Below, one piece after another: positions 28,559-38,034 of a DNA stretch of 64,000 bases. Each line of letters opens with the position of its first letter. Position 1 is the stretch's first letter. Made by a program: the position numbers and the translations under genes. The DNA comes from an uncultured Verrucomicrobiota bacterium (GTDB lineage: Bacteria; Verrucomicrobiota; Verrucomicrobiia; Opitutales; Opitutaceae): contig CAIVDS010000056.1 in NCBI GenBank assembly GCA_903904685.1, forward strand, positions 32,280-96,279, given 5' to 3'. Below the pieces are notes generated by a model. It ran no database searches and had not been told where the DNA came from. It saw nothing but the letters and a program-made list of their open reading frames with translations.

Positions 28559-30472
28559 TTAGCGCACGATGATCTCCAGCGGCAGGCGAGCGTAAACACC
28601 GCGCGAGTCGTTGAATTGCTCCAGCGTCTTCGCCTGCTCTTTAAAACGGGTCACGACCTGCGACATCACGCCCTGTCCGGCGCTCGCCGAGGGATGCACG
28701 CGGTCAACGAAGGCCTCTATCATTTCCGCGAAAGTCTCGGCGCGGGGAAACTCCTCCAACTTATAATTTACGCCGAGCTTCGCGGTTTTCGCCGCGTAGG
28801 CGATGGCGGCGTCGAGCCCGCCCAATTCATCCACAAGGCCGAGTTTCACCGCCTCGCCACCCGACCACACGCGACCTTGGGCGATCCGACGCACCTCCGC
28901 AGGATCGAGGTGGCGGCCTTCCGCGACCTTGCGGATGAACTCGCCGTAAATCCAGTCCACCATGCGTTGGAACAACGCCATTTCCTCGGGGCTCTTCGGA
29001 CGTGAGATAGTGAAAAGGTCGGCATAGCGCCCGGTCTTCACACCGTCCCAGGTGAAGCCCAGGTCGTTGGCCAGTTTCTTGATGTCAAAATGGATGCCCA
29101 CCACACCGATCGACCCCGTGATGGTGGTCGGCTCGGCGAAAATGCGGTCGCTGTAGGCGGATATCCAATACCCGCCCGACGCCGCGTAGCTGCCCATCGA
29201 CACGACGACGGGTTTCACTTTCTGCGCCAGCCTGATCTCGCGCTGGATGTGCTCGGACGCGGTGGCGGAACCTCCGGGGCTGTTCACGCGCACCACGATG
29301 GCCTTCACGTCATCATCCTGGCGCAGGCGGCGCAATTCTCGGGAGAAATCCGCTCCGCCTACTTCACCATGCTCACCCTCACCCTCGACAATCGCGCCCT
29401 CGGCATAAACCACCGCGATGGTGCTGGCAGCCGCGTGTCCTTTGGGCTCCACAGTGTCTTCGCTCAAGGTCGTCACATAGTCTTCCAGTCTTACCTGCGT
29501 GAACGGATCGTCCGCATCGATTTTGCCCGTGGCCTTCTTGAGCTTGGCGATGATCTCGTCCCGATAAGCCAGCCGGTCCACCAGCCCAGCCTTCAACGCC
29601 GCCTCGGGGCGGATCATACCCTCTTCGTCCACGAGCGTCTGCACCATGGCGACGGCCAATTTGCGGTCGGCGGACACATCGGCGATCAGGTCGCTCCAGA
29701 GATCGTCGAGCAACTTCTGCAACTGCTCGCGGTTTTCCGGACTCAGGTCCTTGCGCACGAAAGGCTCGGCATAGGACTTGTAGGCTCCCGACTTGGTCAC
29801 CTGCACGCCCACGCCGAAGCGTTCAAACGCACCGGCATAAAACATCGGTTCGCTCGCGAGGCCCGGCAGTACCAGCGTACCGTAGGGATCAAGCGAAAGA
29901 TCGGTCGCCCCGGCCGTGAGATAGAGATCGCGCGTCGTGGCAAAATCAAGATACGCCACCACCGGCTTGCCGGAGGCCTTGAAATCCGCGAGCGCCGCCC
30001 GCACCTCCTTGAGCGCGGCGAAACCGGTGCCGTAGCCCGACGGCTCCAGACTGCCCGTGAGAAACACTCCGGCGATGCGCTTGTCGTGCGCCGCCTCGCG
30101 CAAAGCCCGCGTGACGATGCGCAGTTGCAGCGTCTGCCCGGCATCACTGCCGCCGGAGAGCAGCGAGGCGAATCCCGCGTGGTCAAACTCGGCCGGGGTG
30201 TCCGTGATATTGGCGTGCAGGTCGAAGACCAGATAAGCCCCTTTTTCCACCGTCACGGTTTTTTTGTCCAACGAGGAGACCACCACGATGAACCCCAAAA
30301 TCAGCACACCCGCACCGACGGTCGCGATGGCAAGGCCGGCCAGGGTGCCCAGCAGCGAGGCAAAGAAGTTTTTCATAAAGGGATTCGGGACTGTAACGGC
30401 GTTCGCCTCCGCCGCGAGCGCTTTTGGTCGACACTTTTTAACGAACGAAAGGTTGCCTTCGAAATATGACAT
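28559..30472 (-). CDS. sppA: Signal peptide peptidase SppA (67K type)
   Basis: Two S49 modules; RVNSPGGS, SMGSYAASGGYW, TITGSIGV, IAQGRVWSG. Confidence 0.95.
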   Translation of the reverse strand: MSYFEGNLSFVKKCRPKALAAEANAVTVPNPFMKNFFASLLGTLAGLAIATVGAGVLILGFIVVVSSLDKKTVTVEKGAYLVFDLHANITDTPAEFDHAGFASLLSGGSDAGQTLQLRIVTRALREAAHDKRIAGVFLTGSLEPSGYGTGFAALKEVRAALADFKASGKPVVAYLDFATTRDLYLTAGATDLSLDPYGTLVLPGLASEPMFYAGAFERFGVGVQVTKSGAYKSYAEPFVRKDLSPENREQLQKLLDDLWSDLIADVSADRKLAVAMVQTLVDEEGMIRPEAALKAGLVDRLAYRDEIIAKLKKATGKIDADDPFTQVRLEDYVTTLSEDTVEPKGHAAASTIAVVYAEGAIVEGEGEHGEVGGADFSRELRRLRQDDDVKAIVVRVNSPGGSATASEHIQREIRLAQKVKPVVVSMGSYAASGGYWISAYSDRIFAEPTTITGSIGVVGIHFDIKKLANDLGFTWDGVKTGRYADLFTISRPKSPEEMALFQRMVDWIYGEFIRKVAEGRHLDPAEVRRIAQGRVWSGGEAVKLGLVDELGGLDAAIAYAAKTAKLGVNYKLEEFPRAETFAEMIEAFVDRVHPSASAGQGVMSQVVTRFKEQAKTLEQFNDSRGVYARLPLEIIVR

Positions 30473-30529
30473 CAGCCACCTTCTCAGGACCGGAATTTGC
30501 TGCTACGTGCATAATCACCACTTTCAATC

Positions 30530-32020
30530 ATGAGCGAACAAATCGAGCTGCTAACGGCCAACCGCAAGGCACTGACGATCAATCTCGACGACGCCAAATA
30601 CGGCACGCTCGCCGAGATCGGCGCCGGCCAGGAGGTCGCGCGCATCTTCTTCCAGGCGGGCGGCGCGGCCGGCACCATCGCCAAATCGATGTCGGCTTAC
30701 GACATGACGTTCAGCGACGCGATCTACGGCAAGGCTCCTCGCTACGTCTCCCGCGAACGCCTCAACACCATGCTCGACCACGAGTATGGCCTCCTCATCG
30801 AACGCCTCGCCGTCAAACGCGGCGACACCACCAAGTTCTTCGCCTTCGCCGACACCGTCGCCGCCAAAAGCTTTCGCGGCAACAACGAATGCCACGGATG
30901 GATGGGCATCCGCTTCCAATCCGAACCGCACGGCCCGCCCAACGAGATTATCATACACGTGCACATGTGGGACAAAGACAACGTCCTCCAGCAGCAGGCC
31001 ATCGGCATCGTCGGCATCAACCTCATTTACGGGGCTTTTTACTACCGCGAGGATCTGGGACGGCTCATCCAGTCTCTCGTGGACAACGTCGGCTCCGACC
31101 GCATCGAGGTCGACATGATGCGGCTCTCCGGCCCGGCGTTTGCCAACGTCGATAACCGTCTCGTCTCGCTCTACCTCGTGCAGCACGGCCTGACCAACGC
31201 CGTCATGTTCGGGGCCAATCGCGAGGTGCTGCAACCCTCCGAGGTGCTTCACAAGAAAGCCATCCTCGTCGAGCGCGGCAGCTTCCGTCCCGTCACGCTC
31301 GTCAACGTGGACATGCTCAACTGCGCCTGCGCCCAGTTCATGCAGGAACCCGCCGTGAAGGGGAAGGAGATCATCGTCCTCATGGAGATTACCATGAACA
31401 ACCTCCTCGCCGCCGGAGACCTCGATGCGCAGGACTTCCTCTCCCGCGTCGATTTGCTGGGCGACATCGGCTTCACGGTGCTTATTTCCAACTACTCCGA
31501 GTATTACCGCCTCACCACCTACTTCCGCCGCTACACCCAGGAGATGATCGGCGTGGCCATGGGCATCAACAATCTCCTGGAGGTGTTCAACGAGAAATAT
31601 TACGAGCACCTCGCAGGCGGCATCCTCGAAAACTTCGGCCGGCTGTTCCGCAACGCCGTGAAACTTTACATCTACCCGATGCAGCAGAAGGCCTACGACC
31701 GCTACCTCACCGACGGCCATCCCGCCCCCTCGCCAGCGGGCAACTCCTCCTTCAGCTCCACTGTGCTCATCAGCGCGAAAAACCTCCAGGTGGAGACTCA
31801 TCTGGCAAACCTCTACGCCCATCTGATGGAAAACCACTATCTGGAGGGTATCGTCGGCTTCGATACCAGCATCCTCAGCATCTTCTCCCGCGATGTGATC
31901 AATCGCATCCGCGCCAACGATCCTTCGTGGGAAACGATGGTCCCCGTCGCCATCGCCGCCGCCATCAAGACCCGCCACCTCTTCGGCTACGGCGAGTCCA
32001 CCCCGGCCGCCATCACCTAA
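30530..32020 (+). CDS. Conserved protein of unknown function, CinA-like N-terminus plus nucleotidyltransferase-like C-terminus
   Basis: AEIGAGQEVARIFFQAGGAAGTIAKSMSAYD and LVERGSFRPVT motifs; no signal peptide or beta-barrel. Confidence 0.75.
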   Translation: MSEQIELLTANRKALTINLDDAKYGTLAEIGAGQEVARIFFQAGGAAGTIAKSMSAYDMTFSDAIYGKAPRYVSRERLNTMLDHEYGLLIERLAVKRGDTTKFFAFADTVAAKSFRGNNECHGWMGIRFQSEPHGPPNEIIIHVHMWDKDNVLQQQAIGIVGINLIYGAFYYREDLGRLIQSLVDNVGSDRIEVDMMRLSGPAFANVDNRLVSLYLVQHGLTNAVMFGANREVLQPSEVLHKKAILVERGSFRPVTLVNVDMLNCACAQFMQEPAVKGKEIIVLMEITMNNLLAAGDLDAQDFLSRVDLLGDIGFTVLISNYSEYYRLTTYFRRYTQEMIGVAMGINNLLEVFNEKYYEHLAGGILENFGRLFRNAVKLYIYPMQQKAYDRYLTDGHPAPSPAGNSSFSSTVLISAKNLQVETHLANLYAHLMENHYLEGIVGFDTSILSIFSRDVINRIRANDPSWETMVPVAIAAAIKTRHLFGYGESTPAAIT

Positions 32021-32076
32021 GGGATTGGCGCCCATCCGGCATTGCCTCTTGGCGGATTTTTCCCCAAGTTTGGCGC

Positions 32077-32331
32077 ATGGACTTACGCCACATCATCAAC
32101 GATATCGCCGACCACGCGGATGATTTTCTCGACGGGGTGACCGATCGCAAGGAAGCCCGCGCGGGCATCGCCGAGTTCATCACCCTTGAATATTCCAATC
32201 TCGCCGCCGCCGACCGGAAAACAGTGACCGACCGCGTCATGGCCATCTTGGAGGACGAGAACTTCTTCAACGGTGGTTTCGCGGGGCACTCCTTCGACGA
32301 CCCCAGCGACGACGCCCCCGAGGCACCCTGA
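32077..32331 (+). CDS. Small acidic hypothetical protein (84 aa)
   Basis: ATG at 32077, helical D/E-rich sequence, same strand as the upstream gene, abuts the convergent MFS stop. Confidence 0.65.
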   Translation: MDLRHIINDIADHADDFLDGVTDRKEARAGIAEFITLEYSNLAAADRKTVTDRVMAILEDENFFNGGFAGHSFDDPSDDAPEAP

Positions 32332-33567
32332 TCAGGCTTCCGCCACGCGCTGCATTTTTAGCGCCAGCCATAGCCAAAAAAATGCGCCGAACAACAGCGC
32401 GCACGGCAGCAACAGCACCGCCTTGGCCAACCCGATATGATCGGAAACCATCCCGACCAGCAGCGGCGACGGCAGGTCGCCAAATAAATGAATGCTGAAA
32501 ATCGAGGCCGCCATCGCGCTGGCCCGCGCACCCACCGGAACCGTTTCCAAGATCAACGTGTTGACCGGGCCGGTGGAAAGGAAAAGCAGAAACATCGAAG
32601 CCACCAGCATCACCTTCGCCAGCGAGGGATCAGGCGCCATGAATGCGGCGAAAGCCGCCGGAGCGCCGAGCAGCGTGCTCCCGCCAAGAACCCATGCATA
32701 AGCCGCCCGGTTGTGTTGCCGCCACCGGGTCGCAAGCCAGCCGCCCAGCAGCGTGGCAACCAATCCGGTGACCACCAGCGAAAGCCCGAAAAACCACGCC
32801 GCCTCCTCCAGCTTCATCCCGTGGACTCGATATAGAAACGTCGGCGCCCAGATCGCAAAACCACCCAGCGTGAACGTCTGCCCGACATACCCCAGCACGA
32901 GCAAGCGATACAGCGGCCGCTTCAAAATCTCTTTGTAACCGGCCCGGCCTTTCACGCCGACATCCACGCCCGGCGCCTCCGGGGCATCCGCCGCGCCTCG
33001 CCTCGGTTCGCGCAACCCCAGCAGGCCCGGCACCAGCACGGCTCCCGACACTCCAGCCACCCAAAAAGCCTCGCGCCAGCCATAACGGGCGGCGATCACG
33101 CCGCCAGCGATGTAGCCCAACGCCGACCCCGCCGGAATCGCCGCGTAAAAAATCGAAAGCGCGTTGTTGCGCCGCGCCGGCGGGAAAAGATCGGCGATCC
33201 AGCCGGGACTGATCGTGCCATAGCTCGCCTCGCCCAGCCCCACCATCACGCGGAACATCACCAGCGACCAGAAGCCATGCGCCGCGCCCGACAACACCGT
33301 GCCAAGACTCCACACCACCACGCCTGCGGCGATCAGCCCTTTGCGCGAAAACCGGTCGCCAAGATAACCGAAAATCGGCGAGGTCAAAAAATACCCGACC
33401 ATGAACGTCGTCGCCAGCCAGCCGAGTTCTCCATCGGTCAGATGCAACTCGTCCTTGATCGGGGTGAGCACCGCCGACAACACCTGCCGGTCGAGGTAAT
33501 TGAACAGGTTGATCGCCGTGAGGATGATCAAGGTCGGGACCGGCCAGTTTTTTTCAGCGGCTTTCAA
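32332..33567 (-). CDS. MFS transporter, spinster-like
   Basis: NLFNYLDRQ, GYLGDRFSRK, GLGEAS, HLFGDLPSP; about 12 TM. Confidence 0.92.
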   Translation of the reverse strand: MKAAEKNWPVPTLIILTAINLFNYLDRQVLSAVLTPIKDELHLTDGELGWLATTFMVGYFLTSPIFGYLGDRFSRKGLIAAGVVVWSLGTVLSGAAHGFWSLVMFRVMVGLGEASYGTISPGWIADLFPPARRNNALSIFYAAIPAGSALGYIAGGVIAARYGWREAFWVAGVSGAVLVPGLLGLREPRRGAADAPEAPGVDVGVKGRAGYKEILKRPLYRLLVLGYVGQTFTLGGFAIWAPTFLYRVHGMKLEEAAWFFGLSLVVTGLVATLLGGWLATRWRQHNRAAYAWVLGGSTLLGAPAAFAAFMAPDPSLAKVMLVASMFLLFLSTGPVNTLILETVPVGARASAMAASIFSIHLFGDLPSPLLVGMVSDHIGLAKAVLLLPCALLFGAFFWLWLALKMQRVAEA

Positions 33568-33655
33568 TCGCGCCAGCTAACATGAACCTCGGTCGCGGCT
33601 TCAACGTCATTTCGCCATTCGCACGTCCAAATCCAAACCGACACCCGCTTGACCC

Positions 33656-35440
33656 ATGAAGGCGCGCGGTGTTGCGTTACCCGTCATGCCGGAGACTCGC
33701 ACCGCCTCTTCACCGCTTCTTGCCTTCCTCGCGTTCAATGCGTCGAACCAGCTCGCCGTGCGCAAAAAAGGACCGCTGTTCGAACCGGCGTTCACCGGCG
33801 ATAATTTGGCGACCGTCACTCGCAAGCTCGCGGATTGTTTCCCAACCCACACACCACCGGTGGAGTCATTCGGCAACGACGACGGCACCGAGCGCTTCTT
33901 CCTCGTGCAAGTCAAAGGTTCGCCCGCCGATCCCGCCGTCGAATTCCGCTCCATTGAAAATCTGGAGTCCGGTGGTCCCTTACTCGCCCCATCACTCCAG
34001 ACGGCCTTGCTCGGACTGGAACCGCACCTGATCGAAATTCCCTACCTGCACCTCGGGGAAAACGATTTCATCTACAAATTCCGCCCCGAGAAGGAGCGCA
34101 ACCCGGAGACCTACGCCAACGATCCCGTCTCCGGCGCACTTTACCAATCGCGGCTTTGCGCCGCCCTCAAGATGCTCACCCGCCAGCTCGAACGCTCCGC
34201 CGCCGATCCGGTGACGCTGGACTTCGGCGCCGTGCGCTATGTTTTGCCCAGCCACTTCGGGTTTTGTCTCGGTGTTAAAAACGCGATCGAACGCGCCTAC
34301 GAAACCCTCACGGCCAACCCTGGGCGCCGCGTCTTCATGCTCTCCGAGCTGATCCACAATCCGTTCGTCAACGAAGACCTCCTCCGGCGCGGCCTGCGCT
34401 ACCTCCAAAGCGACAAGGGCGTCCCCTTCACCATCGACGGACGGAAGGCCTCCGGCGCGGGCGACGAAGTGCTGTTGTGGGACTCGCTGACCCCGGACGA
34501 CATCGTGATCATCCCCGCCTTCGGCGCGACCGATGAGGATAAAAAGCGCCTCGTTCGCAAGGGCCTCGCGGTCTATGCCTACGATGCCACCTGCATGCTC
34601 GTGGAAAAAGTCTGGAAGGCGGCCCGCGCCTACGGCCGCGACGGATACACCGTCATCATCCACGGCAAACATGAGCACGAGGAAACCAAGGCCACGTTCT
34701 CCAACACCCTCCGCTACGCCCCCGCCGTGATCGTGCGCGACGTCGCCGAGACCCGCCTGCTCTGCGAGATCATCGCGAGCGACGACCCGGGCGTGCGCGC
34801 CCGCTTCTTTGATCATTTCGCCGGCCGCCACACTCCGGGATTCGATGTGGACAAGCATCTCTCCCGCGTGGCCGTCGTCAATCAGACGACCCTGCTCATG
34901 AACGAGACTCGGGAGATCATCGCCACCCTGCGCGATCTTTACCTCCAGAAATTCGGCCCCGATCTTCCCGGCGAGCCGCCGCGCGTGGGTGGCAGCGGCC
35001 GCAACGATACGCTGTGTTACGCCACGCAGGTCAATCAGGACGCCCTCGCCCGCGCCCTTGCCGGCCCGCTCGACGCCGCGTTTATCATCGGCGGGAAAAA
35101 CTCCTCCAACACCTACCAGCTTTACCGGCTTTGCGCCCAAAAACTCGGGGCCAAGGCGTTTTTCATCCAAAGCGAACGCAACATCCGCTCGCTCGATGAA
35201 GTGGAGCACTATGTATTTCCCGGCATCGGCGATCCCGTCGGTCGGGTGGCTGTTCTCCCGCTCTGGCCGGATGATCAGCATACCCCGAAACGCATCCTCA
35301 TCACCGGCGGCGCCTCGTGTCCCGACGGCGTCATTCAACAGGTGATCGCCCGCATCAATCTGCTCTTCTCCGCCAAAAATCTGCGGCCCATGGAAACGGT
35401 GCTGGCCGAATTGGAACGGCGTATCGTGACAACCGGTTGA
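33656..35440 (+). CDS. ispH: 4-hydroxy-3-methylbut-2-enyl diphosphate reductase with long N-terminal extension
   Basis: FGFCLGV, ELIHN, DATC, HEET, NQTT, TLCYATQ, GGKNSSNT, TGGASCP; three Fe-S Cys present. Confidence 0.93.
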   Translation: MKARGVALPVMPETRTASSPLLAFLAFNASNQLAVRKKGPLFEPAFTGDNLATVTRKLADCFPTHTPPVESFGNDDGTERFFLVQVKGSPADPAVEFRSIENLESGGPLLAPSLQTALLGLEPHLIEIPYLHLGENDFIYKFRPEKERNPETYANDPVSGALYQSRLCAALKMLTRQLERSAADPVTLDFGAVRYVLPSHFGFCLGVKNAIERAYETLTANPGRRVFMLSELIHNPFVNEDLLRRGLRYLQSDKGVPFTIDGRKASGAGDEVLLWDSLTPDDIVIIPAFGATDEDKKRLVRKGLAVYAYDATCMLVEKVWKAARAYGRDGYTVIIHGKHEHEETKATFSNTLRYAPAVIVRDVAETRLLCEIIASDDPGVRARFFDHFAGRHTPGFDVDKHLSRVAVVNQTTLLMNETREIIATLRDLYLQKFGPDLPGEPPRVGGSGRNDTLCYATQVNQDALARALAGPLDAAFIIGGKNSSNTYQLYRLCAQKLGAKAFFIQSERNIRSLDEVEHYVFPGIGDPVGRVAVLPLWPDDQHTPKRILITGGASCPDGVIQQVIARINLLFSAKNLRPMETVLAELERRIVTTG

Positions 35441-35553
35441 TGCGTCCGGCTCCGAGCCTGCTCGCATGGGATGCCGATGCGAATATGGAATGCTAATTCA
35501 CCGTTTCGTAACCATAACGGCATCCATTCGCCACGCACGAGGTCTAGGATGAT

Positions 35554-35943
35554 ATGGTGCCTCCCTTAATCCTGAGTGTTGACGACGAGCAAGACGTGAC
35601 CGACTTGGTGCGCTTCCACCTGACGCGCGCCGGCTGCGAGGTGCAAACCGCCGCCACCGGTCGCGAAGCGATCGCCAGCGTCGAGCTCCGCCGGCCCGAT
35701 CTCATTTTGCTCGACCTGATGCTGCCGGACATCGACGGCTTCGGCGTATGCGAAATCCTCCGACGCGACCCGGAAACCGCAACAATTCCCATCATCATCA
35801 TCACCGCTTGGGCCACAAACGATGCGCGCAACATCGGGATCGATCTGGGCGCCCTCGACTATCTTACCAAGCCTTTCAGCCCGAAGGAACTCGTCGAGCG
35901 GGTGAAACACCTGCTCAGTCTGCGCCAGCCCGCCTCGGCCTGA
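35554..35943 (+). CDS. Single-domain response regulator
   Basis: SVDDE, DLILLDLMLP, IITA, DYLTKPF. Confidence 0.93.
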   Translation: MVPPLILSVDDEQDVTDLVRFHLTRAGCEVQTAATGREAIASVELRRPDLILLDLMLPDIDGFGVCEILRRDPETATIPIIIITAWATNDARNIGIDLGALDYLTKPFSPKELVERVKHLLSLRQPASA

Positions 35944-35987
35944 TGGTTTCGCTGGCTTCAAACGGCAGGATCATTAAGGTTGGGCTG

Positions 35988-36467
35988 ATGCCAAAAGCCC
36001 CCATCCGCGACGCCATCGTCGCCCAGCTCCATCGTGAACTCGAATTGCAAACCCGCGCCGCTCACGAATCCAGAGACGAAGCCACCAGCGTGGAAAACAA
36101 AGCCGAGGGGCAATTCGATACGCGCAGCCAGGAAGCCGCTTACTTGGCGGAAGGCCAGGCCCGGCTCGCCGCAGAAATCGCTGAAAGCATCAGCGTTTAT
36201 CAGTCGCTTGATATGTCTGATTTCACACCCCATGCAACCGTGGCCGTCGGTGCGCTCGTGACGTTGGAAGCCAAGGGACGGAAGAGCGTCTATTTTCTCG
36301 GCCCCCGTCACGGCGGACTCGAAGCCCGCGCAGGGGACTTGGATTTCGTGGTGGTGACACCCTCGTCGCCCCTTGGTCGCCAGCTCATCGGGCAGACCGT
36401 GGGTGCCACCGTGCATCTCCCCGGGCGCGGCGGACAAGTTGCGCACAAGATCGCCGCCATCTCATGA
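35988..36467 (+). CDS. GreA/GreB-family elongation factor-like protein (alternative start 35943)
   Basis: N-terminal coiled coil with ENKAEGQFDTRSQEAAYLA tip; C-terminal VAVGALVTL...VTPSSPLGRQLIG. Confidence 0.85.
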   Translation: MPKAPIRDAIVAQLHRELELQTRAAHESRDEATSVENKAEGQFDTRSQEAAYLAEGQARLAAEIAESISVYQSLDMSDFTPHATVAVGALVTLEAKGRKSVYFLGPRHGGLEARAGDLDFVVVTPSSPLGRQLIGQTVGATVHLPGRGGQVAHKIAAIS

Positions 36468-36510
36468 AACGCGCCTCGATTGGCATCCAAAACACCGTAA
36501 GAAGCTCCGC

Positions 36511-37953
36511 TCAGATCGCGTCGTCGTAGAGCCGTTCGTAGGCCTTGGCCGCCGTGCTCCAGCTGAAATCGCGCCTCATGCCGCGAAGTTGGGCGGCCTT
36601 GAAAACCGCCGGGGCGGCATAAAGCGCCAGCGCCCGCTTCAACCCCTCGCCCACGCCCTCGGCGGTGGGCGCGAACAGGATGCCGGTGCCCGCTTCCGCA
36701 CTCGCCTCGACATCGACAACCGTGTCGGCCAGCCCGCCAACGCGCGTGACGAGCGGCACGGTTCCGTAGGCCTGCGAATACATCTGGTTGAGTCCGCAAG
36801 GCTCGAAGCGAGACGGCATGAGAAAAAAGTCGCTCCCCGCCTCCACCAGATGGCTCATCGCCTCGTCGAGACGCGTGCAGACCGCCACGCGACCCGGCAA
36901 CGCCTCCGCCAGCTTGCGCAGCGCCTGCTCCAGCAGTTTGTCGCCCGTGCCGAGCACGATGAAACGCACGTCGTTCGCCTTGAAAAAAGCCTCGTTGGCC
37001 ACGACCAGGTCGACGCCCTTTTGCTCCGTCAACCGGCAGACCATACCGACGACCGGTCCGGCGAACTTCGGATTGAAACCGTTTTGTTTGAGCAGTTCGG
37101 CGCGGCAGGCCGCTTTTCCAGCGAGGGCTTCGGGCGTGTATTTGGCCGGGATCAGGGCGTCTTTCGCCGGGTTCCAGATGTCCGTGTCGATGCCGTTGAT
37201 CAGACCCACGATGTCGTCCGCCCGCGTGCCCACCACGCCTTCGAGACCGCAGCCGAACTCGGGCGTCTGGATTTCGCGCGCATAGCGCGGGCTCACCGTC
37301 GTCACCCGGTCCGCGAAAAGGATGCCGGCCTTCATCATGCTCATCTGCCCGTAGAACTCCACGCCGTCGATGCCCATGAGTTCGTCGGGGAGATTGGTGC
37401 GGTAGAAAGACCTCAGCGGGAAAACCCCTTGGAACGCGATGTTGTGGATCGTGAACACCGTCTTCATCGCGAGGGTCGTGGCATAGCGTTGCTCGGCGTG
37501 GCGCAGCAACACCGGCAGCAGGCCGCACTGCCAGTCGTGGCCGTGGATCACATCGGCGCGCAGCTCCAGAAAACGCAGGGTCTCGACCACGCCCTTGCAG
37601 AAGAAAATGAACCGGTGGTGGTTGTCCTCATAATCCCGCTCGGATGTTCCATATGGATGACGCCGGTCGAAAAACTCGTCCCGGCACACCAGATAGACCT
37701 TGAGATTGGGCTTGGGGGAGAAGGTCACGACCTCGCCGCTCATGAACGTGTCGCCCATCTCGATGCGCAGCCGGAGCGTTCGTTTCGCCGCCGCTGCCAG
37801 AGGATGATCCACCACCGCCCGGTAGCCCGGCACGAACACCGACACCTCGTGCCCCAGATCGGCCAGCGTCGAGGAAAGCGCCCCCACGGCATCCGCCAGC
37901 CCTCCCGTTTTTATGTAGGGGAACAATTCGCTGGCGACATGGACGATTTTCAT
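36511..37953 (-). CDS. glgA: Glycogen/starch synthase
   Basis: KTGGLAD, HGHDWQ, TIHNIAFQG, RLTEQKG, PSRFEPCGLNQMY. Confidence 0.97.
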   Translation of the reverse strand: MKIVHVASELFPYIKTGGLADAVGALSSTLADLGHEVSVFVPGYRAVVDHPLAAAAKRTLRLRIEMGDTFMSGEVVTFSPKPNLKVYLVCRDEFFDRRHPYGTSERDYEDNHHRFIFFCKGVVETLRFLELRADVIHGHDWQCGLLPVLLRHAEQRYATTLAMKTVFTIHNIAFQGVFPLRSFYRTNLPDELMGIDGVEFYGQMSMMKAGILFADRVTTVSPRYAREIQTPEFGCGLEGVVGTRADDIVGLINGIDTDIWNPAKDALIPAKYTPEALAGKAACRAELLKQNGFNPKFAGPVVGMVCRLTEQKGVDLVVANEAFFKANDVRFIVLGTGDKLLEQALRKLAEALPGRVAVCTRLDEAMSHLVEAGSDFFLMPSRFEPCGLNQMYSQAYGTVPLVTRVGGLADTVVDVEASAEAGTGILFAPTAEGVGEGLKRALALYAAPAVFKAAQLRGMRRDFSWSTAAKAYERLYDDAI

Positions 37954-38034
37954 CGCGCCACTCTATCCGGTGACATTGCCTTATTTCCACTGCAAAAACC
38001 CGGTCATCGAGGTTTTAACGCCATCTACAAAGGC

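Noticed and set aside
30530-32020. TonB-dependent receptor label for this family
   Set aside because: No signal peptide, plug or beta-barrel pattern; the sequence looks alpha/beta and cytoplasmic
35460-35535. Inverted repeats ggatgccg/cggcatcc upstream of the response regulator
   Set aside because: A single 8-bp GC-rich pairing is expected by chance at this composition; no further support
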